From contig JACQWB010000136.1 of the NCBI GenBank assembly GCA_016209385.1, positions 5,880 through 69,879 of the forward strand: a stretch of DNA of 64,000 nucleotides. Direction: 5' to 3'. The translations under genes were made by a program, and so were the position numbers. Under the pieces are notes generated by a model. That model saw only the letters and a program-made list of their open reading frames with translations, did not search any database and was not told where the DNA came from. This document shows, in pieces, positions 57,771 to 64,000 of this stretch. This stretch comes from Candidatus Rokuibacteriota bacterium. Lineage in GTDB: Bacteria; Methylomirabilota; Methylomirabilia; Rokubacteriales; CSP1-6. Position 1 is the stretch's first letter. Each line of letters starts with the position of its first letter.

Positions 57771-58739
57771 ATGAGGTGGCGGGAGCGTCTCGAGCGCGGG
57801 TTCTTCCTGGTGGAGCGCGTGGTCACGGCGCTCCTCTACTCGTGGTGCGTCGCGCGGGAGCGCTTCGGGAGAGGGGCGAGAGTGCCGATCTTGATGTACC
57901 ACCAGGTCGGCGATCCCCTGAGGGGAGTCAGGGCGTGTCAGGATTGCGTCTCTCCCGGCTGCTTCACCCGGCAGCTGCGCGCCATCCTCAGAGCGGGGTA
58001 TCGGGTGATCTCGCTCGGGCAGCTCGTCCGCTGGCTCGACGCTTCACCCGATGCGCTGAAACGCTGCGTCGTCCTCACCTTCGATGACGGCTTCCGCGGC
58101 CAGTTCAGGAACGCCTATCCCGTCCTTCGGCGGTACGGGGTCCCCGCCACGTTCTTCCTCATCGCCGGGTATATCGGGACAGACACGTTCTTCCCCCACC
58201 TCGGCCTCGCGGGCAGGCCGGATGGCGGGAGGGATGGGGCGCTCTCGGACTGGCGTCCGCTCTCCTGGGACGAGGCGAAGGGGCTGGCTCGAAACGGCAT
58301 GGAGATCGGCTCCCACAGCGTGTCCCACCGATCGCTGGGGCGCATGGGGAGGGACGAGGCGGCGGCCGAGGTCCGGCGGTCGAAGGAGATCCTGGAGGAG
58401 CGCCTGGGCATCCGCGTCGAGGGCTTCGCGTATCCGTTCGGATCGCGCGCCTACCGTGACTTCGATCGGGGCGTCCAGGAGCTGCTCCGTGAAGCCGGCT
58501 ATCGCGTTGCCTGTACGACGGTGGTGGGCCGAAACAGCGGGGGCGCGGACCGCCTGGCGCTCCGCCGCATTCCGGTGGAGGAAGCGGACGGGCCCTTCCG
58601 CATCCGCTGCAAGCTCGTGGGCGCGTACGACTGGGTGGGCGCGGTCAAGGCGCTCTGGCAGCGCCTGGTGCCGCGCGAGGAGAGCGTTGACCTCGAACTG
58701 GCCGCGCCTCAGGCGTCGGCTCGTGGGAGCGCGTCGTGA
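57771..58739 (+). CDS. Second polysaccharide deacetylase (NodB domain). Start uncertain (the track ORF begins at 57726).
   Basis: VVLTFDDGFRGQFRNAYPVLRRYGVPATFF...GSHSVSH. Confidence 0.75.
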   Translation: MRWRERLERGFFLVERVVTALLYSWCVARERFGRGARVPILMYHQVGDPLRGVRACQDCVSPGCFTRQLRAILRAGYRVISLGQLVRWLDASPDALKRCVVLTFDDGFRGQFRNAYPVLRRYGVPATFFLIAGYIGTDTFFPHLGLAGRPDGGRDGALSDWRPLSWDEAKGLARNGMEIGSHSVSHRSLGRMGRDEAAAEVRRSKEILEERLGIRVEGFAYPFGSRAYRDFDRGVQELLREAGYRVACTTVVGRNSGGADRLALRRIPVEEADGPFRIRCKLVGAYDWVGAVKALWQRLVPREESVDLELAAPQASARGSAS

Positions 58740-60025
58740 GTGTCCTGGTTACGGACGCGAGCGGCAACCACGCGCTGGCGGTGGTCAGGTCGCTCGGCCG
58801 GCGGGGGATCCGCGTGGCCGCGGCCGACAGCGCGTGGTGGGCGAAGAGCTTCTTCAGCCGCTACTGCGCGCGCCGAGCCCTCCATCCGTCGCCGGCGGGG
58901 GGAGTGGACGCGTTCGTGAGCGGACTCTGCCGGATCCTCGACGAGGTCAGGCCGATGATGCTGATGCCGATGACCGAGCGGACCATCCTTGCGCTCATGG
59001 TCAGGCGAGAGGAGATCGAATCCCGGGTCGCCCTGGCCCCGCTCCCCGCTCCGGAAGCGCTCTCCGTCGTCTTCGACAAGCACGCGACGATCGAGCTGGC
59101 CACGTCTCTCGGCGTTCCGGTGCCGAAGACGCTTCGCCTCTCCGGCCTGGAGGATCTGGACCGGCTTCGCTCCGAGATCTCGTTCCCCGCGGTGATCAAG
59201 CCGAGGCGGTCCGAGATCTGGACGGCCGACGACCGGATCGTGCCGGGCGGGCCCGTCGAGTACTGCTTCAGCGCCGAGGAGCTGGAGGCGAAGTATCTGG
59301 CCGTTCACCGCAGGGCGCCGCTGCCGCTCATCCAGGAGTTCATCCCGGGCGAGGGGTACGGGGTCTCGGTCCTGTACCGCCGCGGGCGGCTCAAGGCGCT
59401 GTTCGCGCACCGGCGGCTCCGGATGATTCGCCCCACCGGCTCGGGAAGCTCGCTGCGCGAGAGCATCGCCCCTCCGCCGGCCATGGTGGATGCCGCGCGG
59501 GCGCTCCTGGACGCGCTCGCATGGCACGGCGTCGCCATGGTGGAGTTCAAGCTGGACGCGCGGGATGGCACACCGAAGCTGATGGAGGTCAACGGCCGCT
59601 TCTGGAACTCGGTCCCCCTCGCGGTGGCCGCCGGCGTGGATTTTCCCTTTCTCCTGTACCGCCTCGCGGTGGACGGTGATGTGCGTGAGCACCTGGAGTA
59701 CCGGGTGGGAGTGCAAAGCCGGTGGCTCGTCGGGGATGTCCGGCACCTGGTGGAGGTGCTCGGCGGGAAGCCGCGGGGATGGGCCGACGGATTTCCCTCG
59801 CGCTGGAGAACGCTGCGGGACTTCATGAAATTTTTCGGACGGGACATGCACTACGACGAATTCTGGCTGTCGGACCCGCTTCCGCTGTTTGCGGATTTCG
59901 CCGACTTCTTCTTTCGCCAGGTCCCCCAGCGCCTCGTCCCGCGCCGCCCCACAGCCGTCGAGGAGAAGCCGGCGTGCGAATTCGCCCCGAGTCGGATGGG
60001 AGGGCCATGCGGATTCTCTGGGTGA
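58736..60025 (+). CDS. ATP-grasp fold enzyme.
   Basis: FPAVIKPRRS ... LIQEFIPGEGYGVSVLY ... MVEFKLDARDGTPKLMEVNGRF is typical of the ATP-grasp family. Confidence 0.65.
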   Translation: MSVLVTDASGNHALAVVRSLGRRGIRVAAADSAWWAKSFFSRYCARRALHPSPAGGVDAFVSGLCRILDEVRPMMLMPMTERTILALMVRREEIESRVALAPLPAPEALSVVFDKHATIELATSLGVPVPKTLRLSGLEDLDRLRSEISFPAVIKPRRSEIWTADDRIVPGGPVEYCFSAEELEAKYLAVHRRAPLPLIQEFIPGEGYGVSVLYRRGRLKALFAHRRLRMIRPTGSGSSLRESIAPPPAMVDAARALLDALAWHGVAMVEFKLDARDGTPKLMEVNGRFWNSVPLAVAAGVDFPFLLYRLAVDGDVREHLEYRVGVQSRWLVGDVRHLVEVLGGKPRGWADGFPSRWRTLRDFMKFFGRDMHYDEFWLSDPLPLFADFADFFFRQVPQRLVPRRPTAVEEKPACEFAPSRMGGPCGFSG

Positions 60026-61902
60026 AGGTGGGCGGCCTCTGGCCCCTCACGAGCGGGGGGCGCCTCCGCAGCTTTCACATCGTCTCCGAGCTGTCGCGTC
60101 GTCACCGGCTGATCCTGCTCACGACCCATGGTCCGGCTGACGATCCTGGCGCGCTCGCCGCGCGTCTGCCGCGCTGCGAGCGGATCGTGTCGCTGCCGTA
60201 CGCGATCCCGAAGTACCGGAGCGCCGGCTTCGCGCTCGCCGTGCTGCGGTCGTGGCTCTCGCCCCTCCCGGTGGACATCCTGAGGTTTCGTGTCCCGTCG
60301 CTTTCCGGCGAGGTTCGCCGGATCCAGGGGAGCGAGAAAGTGGACGTATGCGTGGCGGATTTTCTGAGCGCCACGCCCAACGTCCCGCTGGACGGCCCGG
60401 TCCCGGTGGTGCTTTTCGCCCACAACGTTGAGCACATGATCTGGAAGCGCCTGAGCGAGAACGAGCCGCGGCTGTGGAGGCGGCTGCTCCTCGAGATCGA
60501 ATGGCGGAAGATGCGGCGGTACGAGGCCGACGTCTGTCGCCGGGCCGCATCCACGATCACGGTCTCGGATCTCGATCGCGCCCTGCTGCTCGCGTTGGCC
60601 CCGACCGCCCGCATGTGGGTGACCCCGACCGGCGTCGATACGTCCTATTTCGTGCCGGATGGAAGGCGGGAGGCTCGCGCGGCGGTCGTCTTCACCGGGT
60701 CCATGGACTGGTACCCGAACGAGGACGCCGTTCTCTGGTTCGTGGACGCGGTCCTGCCCCGGATCCGTCGTGAAGTGCCGGAGGCGTCGTTTACCGTGGT
60801 CGGCCGGAACCCGACTCGGCGCCTGCTGGCCGCGGTCGCGGAAGCAGGCGTTCGGGTGACGGGAACCGTGGATGATGTCCGGCCGTACATCGCGGAGGCC
60901 GCGGTGTACGCCGTGCCGCTCAGGATCGGCGGGGGAACGCGGCTCAAGATCTTCGAGGCGCTCGCGATGGGAAAGGCGGTGGTCTCGACCGCGGTCGGCG
61001 CCGAGGGTCTTCCGCTCGCTCCCGGCGAAAACTTCCTCCAGGCGGACGAACCGGAGGAGTTCGCCCGCGCGGTCGTCTCTCTCCTGAGGGATCCGGCGCG
61101 GCGGCGGCAGCTCGGCATGGCGGGACGGCGGCTGGTCGAGGAGCGCTACGCCTGGCCGGAGGTGACACGCCGGTTCGCTGGGCAGTGCGGGGAAGCGGCC
61201 GCGATCACGCTCCCGGGGAAGAGCAACGCTCGAGACTTCGCCGGACTCCGAGAACCCTTCGGCAAGGCGCTCGCCAGACGGATCCTTCCGCGCGTGCTCG
61301 TCGGCCACCTCCGCGCGTTCCGGACGCTTCGCCCCCGTGACTGGCCGCGCTACTGGACGCTGAGGCTCCGGCGGGCGCTCCCCGCACGGCGAAACGGCCT
61401 GCCCGGGCCGGGTGCAGCGATCCGTTCCGTCCTGTTCGTCTGCCGGGGGAACGTGATTCGGAGTCCAATGGCCGCCGCGCTGCTCAGGCGGCAGCTCGCC
61501 GGTTCTCGGGGCGGTGCGATCTCGGTCGCGTCCGCGGGGCTTCGCGCGGTTGCCGGAGAGCCGGCGGACCCCCGGGCGCGGCGGGTTGCCGGACGGTTCG
61601 GCGTCTCGCTGGAGGACCATCGGGCCCAGCCGTTGACGCCCGAGCTGGTGGCGCAGGCGGACATGATCGTCGCCATGGATTCCCTCATTGCAGCCGAGCT
61701 GCGGGGACGGTACGCGGCTGCGCGGCGCAAGACCGTCCTGCTCGGGGAAATCGCGGACCCCTACGACGGCGACGAGAGCGGGCTCGGCCGCTGCTACGAG
61801 CGTGTCGAGTCTGTCGTTCAGCAGCTCGCGTCCGGGCTCGCCCCGGCGGAGGAACACGGAACCGGCCCGGATGGACCGGGTCAGGGAGGTGATCGGAGTT
61901 GA
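60007..61902 (+). CDS. Fusion protein: N-terminal GT4 glycosyltransferase + C-terminal low-molecular-weight protein-tyrosine phosphatase (Wzb-like).
   Basis: GT4 region GGGTRLKIFEALAMGKAVVST. PTP P-loop VLFVCRGNVIRSP (CX5R-S) and the D-P-Y loop ADPYDGD. Single uninterrupted 631-codon frame. GGGAGGG Shine-Dalgarno sequence upstream of ATG 60007. Confidence 0.8.
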   Translation: MRILWVKVGGLWPLTSGGRLRSFHIVSELSRRHRLILLTTHGPADDPGALAARLPRCERIVSLPYAIPKYRSAGFALAVLRSWLSPLPVDILRFRVPSLSGEVRRIQGSEKVDVCVADFLSATPNVPLDGPVPVVLFAHNVEHMIWKRLSENEPRLWRRLLLEIEWRKMRRYEADVCRRAASTITVSDLDRALLLALAPTARMWVTPTGVDTSYFVPDGRREARAAVVFTGSMDWYPNEDAVLWFVDAVLPRIRREVPEASFTVVGRNPTRRLLAAVAEAGVRVTGTVDDVRPYIAEAAVYAVPLRIGGGTRLKIFEALAMGKAVVSTAVGAEGLPLAPGENFLQADEPEEFARAVVSLLRDPARRRQLGMAGRRLVEERYAWPEVTRRFAGQCGEAAAITLPGKSNARDFAGLREPFGKALARRILPRVLVGHLRAFRTLRPRDWPRYWTLRLRRALPARRNGLPGPGAAIRSVLFVCRGNVIRSPMAAALLRRQLAGSRGGAISVASAGLRAVAGEPADPRARRVAGRFGVSLEDHRAQPLTPELVAQADMIVAMDSLIAAELRGRYAAARRKTVLLGEIADPYDGDESGLGRCYERVESVVQQLASGLAPAEEHGTGPDGPGQGGDRS

Positions 61903-63224
61903 TGCGCGTGAGCGTCTTCGGGCTGGGATACGTCGGATGCGTGAGCGGGGCCTGCCTGGCGAGGGCAGGACACGAGGTGGTCGGGGTCGATGTGAACTCG
62001 GAGAAGGTGGCGATGGTCAACGCCGGCTCGTCGCCGATCGTGGAGCCCGGGCTGGGCGACCTGCTGGCCGAGGTCGTCGGGGCCGGCCGGCTGAGGGCCA
62101 CGGTCTCGAGCGAGGAGGCTGTTGAGGGCTCGGACCTCGCGCTGGTCTGTGTCGGCACGCCGGGGCGCCCCAACGGGCAGCTGAACGTGGAGGCCGTGGC
62201 GCGCGTCGGGAGCGAAATCGGTCGGGCCCTCGCCGGGCGGCCGGACCCGTACACGGTCGTGCTCCGGAGCACCGTCCTTCCCGGAACCACGGAGCGGGTC
62301 CTCGTCCCCGCCCTCCTCGCGGGCGTCGGGGCGGAGTCGGGATCCCGCCTGCGAGTGGCTGTCAATCCGGAGTTCATGCGCGAGGGTTCCGCCCTGCGGG
62401 ACTTCGCGCATCCTCCGCTCACGCTGGTGGGGTGCGAGGATCCGGAAACCGCCTCCCAGCTCCGGTCGCTCTACGCGGCTGTCGATGCGCCATTCATCGC
62501 CACAGCGACGAAGACGGCGGAGATGGTCAAGTACGTGTCGAACGCCTTCCACGCGCTCAAGATCTGCTTTGCCAACGAGATCGGTGACGTGTGCGCGGCG
62601 CTGGGCGTCGACGCCCACGAGGTGATGCGCATCTTCCTCCTGGACAGGAAACTCAACGTGTCCGAGGCGTACCTGCGCCCGGGGTTCGCCTTCGGCGGCT
62701 CGTGCCTGCCGAAGGACCTCCGGGCGTTGCTCTACCGCGCGCGCGCCGCCGACATCGGCGTCCCGCTGCTGTCCGCAGTCCTGCCCTCGAATGAGGGGCA
62801 GATCCGACGGGCGGTGGAGGCGGTCCTGGAAACGCGAATGCGACGGGTGGGAGTGGTGGGCCTCGCCTTCAAGCCCGGGACCGACGACCTCAGGGAAAGC
62901 CCAATGGTTGCGCTCGTGGAAGCGCTCATCGGCAAGGGGTGTGACGTGCGCGTTCTCGACGCGGATGTCTCGATCGCCCGGCTGGTCGGAGCGAATCGCC
63001 GCTACATCGAGGAGGAGATCCCGCATATCGCGTCGCTGATGTGCCAGGACGTGGCGACGCTGCTCGCCCACGCCGAGGTGCTGGTGATCGGCAACCCCAG
63101 CCCGGAGGTGGCGCGGGCCCTGGCGGCGGTCGGCCCTCACCAGGTCGTCGTCGATCTCACGCGGGGCGCAGTCGACCGGCGGGCAGGGCCGGGTGAGGGG
63201 GGTCCCCTGCGATGCGTCGAATAG
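61899..63224 (+). CDS. Nucleotide-sugar 6-dehydrogenase (UDP-glucose / GDP-mannose dehydrogenase family).
   Basis: MRVSVFGLGYVGCVSG Rossmann motif. Catalytic motif GFAFGGSCLPKD. Confidence 0.85.
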   Translation: MMRVSVFGLGYVGCVSGACLARAGHEVVGVDVNSEKVAMVNAGSSPIVEPGLGDLLAEVVGAGRLRATVSSEEAVEGSDLALVCVGTPGRPNGQLNVEAVARVGSEIGRALAGRPDPYTVVLRSTVLPGTTERVLVPALLAGVGAESGSRLRVAVNPEFMREGSALRDFAHPPLTLVGCEDPETASQLRSLYAAVDAPFIATATKTAEMVKYVSNAFHALKICFANEIGDVCAALGVDAHEVMRIFLLDRKLNVSEAYLRPGFAFGGSCLPKDLRALLYRARAADIGVPLLSAVLPSNEGQIRRAVEAVLETRMRRVGVVGLAFKPGTDDLRESPMVALVEALIGKGCDVRVLDADVSIARLVGANRRYIEEEIPHIASLMCQDVATLLAHAEVLVIGNPSPEVARALAAVGPHQVVVDLTRGAVDRRAGPGEGGPLRCVE

Positions 63225-64000
63225 CCGTCGTTCTCGGCGTCGTGACGACCTGGTGCCTGTCCGCCGCGCTGGCCTTCGGGGAGGCTGGCGGCGAGGTGGA
63301 CATCGTCGTGCCCCCGCCCGAGGAGGTCCTGCCAGTGACGGAGCTGATCCCGCCCCCCGTCGACGTGCCGCCTCCCGGAGTCGCGCTCCCACCGCTCGTC
63401 CTCCCCGAACTCCCGCGCCCCGGAGTCGAAACCGCGCTGGCGCCACCGTCAGGCAGGGTCATTCTGGTGCCGCCGGGGGGCGATTTCCAGGAAGCCCTCA
63501 ACGTCGCCCAACCCGGTGATATTATCGGGCTTCCCGCCGGGTCCACGTTCGTCGGAAACTTCACGCTTCCCAACAAAGGAGGAGCGGACTGGATCTATAT
63601 CGTCACCGCTTCGTACGTGGACCTCCCCCCTCCCGGTTCCCGCGTGTCGCCCGCGCACGCGAGCCTCATGCCCAAGATCGTGAGTCCGAACACTGAACCG
63701 GCGATTCGCACGGACATGGGGGCGCACCACTACCGCCTTGTTGGCATCGAGGTCACAACCACGAGCCCGAGGAATTTCAATCTCATCCACCTCGGGTCCA
63801 CGGGGCAGACCTCGCTCGACCAGGTGCCCACCGATATCATCATCGACCGTTGCTACATCCACGGCGCGCCGAGCGCGGACGTACGCCGGGGCATCGCGTT
63901 GAACGGCGCCCGCATGGCGGTCATCGATTCGCATCTGTCCGACTTCCACGAGCTCGGGGTGGATTCCCAGGCGGTTGGCGGGTGGAACGGTACCGGCCCG
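63212..64000 (+). CDS. Partial secreted protein with a Pro-rich linker and a right-handed parallel beta-helix (pectin-lyase-like) region. It runs off the window end.
   Basis: Hand translation: signal peptide MRRIAVVLGVVTTWCLSAALAFGEA, PPPEEVLPVTELIPPPVDVPPPGV, then DIIIDRCYIHGAPSADVRRGIALNGARMAVIDSHLSD. This ORF is not in the supplied track because it has no stop in the window. Confidence 0.5.
   Translation, partial: MRRIAVVLGVVTTWCLSAALAFGEAGGEVDIVVPPPEEVLPVTELIPPPVDVPPPGVALPPLVLPELPRPGVETALAPPSGRVILVPPGGDFQEALNVAQPGDIIGLPAGSTFVGNFTLPNKGGADWIYIVTASYVDLPPPGSRVSPAHASLMPKIVSPNTEPAIRTDMGAHHYRLVGIEVTTTSPRNFNLIHLGSTGQTSLDQVPTDIIIDRCYIHGAPSADVRRGIALNGARMAVIDSHLSDFHELGVDSQAVGGWNGTGP

Noticed and set aside
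1-64000. CRISPR arrays, rRNA, tRNA and insertion sequences
   Set aside because: No direct-repeat/spacer periodicity is visible. No transposase, integrase or terminal inverted-repeat-bounded element is present. No region is free of protein-coding signal and long enough for rRNA. tRNAs cannot be excluded by eye in high-GC intergenic DNA, but none was recognised. tRNAscan-SE on 16296-17078, 22503-23040, 24142-24632 and 33300-34229 would settle it.

Overview
High-GC (~68-70%) bacterial chromosomal segment, densely coding. Strand bias is strong: genes run on the minus strand up to ~16.2 kb and on the plus strand after ~17 kb. I recognise no rRNA, tRNA or CRISPR array.

Gene content in order:
(1) 1-4307: a minus-strand Mrp/Mnh-type multisubunit cation/proton antiporter operon with a non-canonical gene order.
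(2) 4468-5892: an Arch_ATPase/DUF234 ATPase.
(3) ~6.2-9.3 kb: a large hybrid sensor kinase (7TM-GAF-GAF-HisKA-HATPase-REC).
(4) 9.3-16.2 kb: a type-IV-pilus-related block. It holds a pilV/pilW/pilX minor-pilin operon, an SSB-like OB-fold protein, a coiled-coil protein, a PilZ protein, a large prepilin-type protein and a GAF histidine kinase.
(5) 17.1-22.2 kb: a complete stressosome module (RsbR-RsbS-RsbT-RsbX). It is translationally coupled to a histidine kinase carrying an RsbU_N domain and to two tandem NarL-type response regulators.
(6) 22.2-24.1 kb: two secreted hypothetical proteins.
(7) 24.6-64 kb: a very large exopolysaccharide (EPS) biosynthesis/export locus of the PEP-CTERM/exosortase-associated type.

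The EPS locus opens with a NusG-paralog antiterminator. It then carries an EpsL-like outer-membrane barrel, two EpsE/Wza-like export proteins, an EpsF/Wzz chain-length determinant, an ExeA-like ATPase, an EpsG tyrosine (BY) kinase, GlmS and a WbaP-type priming transferase. Further genes are three GT4 glycosyltransferases, two FemAB-like GNATs, two AsnB amidotransferases, two NodB deacetylases, three methyltransferases, an ATP-grasp enzyme, a heparinase II/III-like protein, a Wzx flippase, a Wzy/O-antigen-ligase-like protein and two nucleotide-sugar dehydrogenases. No exosortase (XrtA) or PEP-CTERM substrate lies inside the window.

Most notable non-genic signals:
- A dispersed, modular, hairpin-rich intergenic repeat family with at least six copies plus a tandem 2 x 63-bp module.
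- A recurring bipartite upstream motif (GGAATCRGGTG ... GGAAAAACCC) shared by the pilus-related operons and the EPS-operon leader.
- A fusion of a GT4 glycosyltransferase to a low-molecular-weight phosphotyrosine phosphatase.

Most long minus-strand ORFs in the supplied six-frame track downstream of 17 kb, and plus-strand ORFs upstream of 16 kb, are antisense high-GC artefacts.
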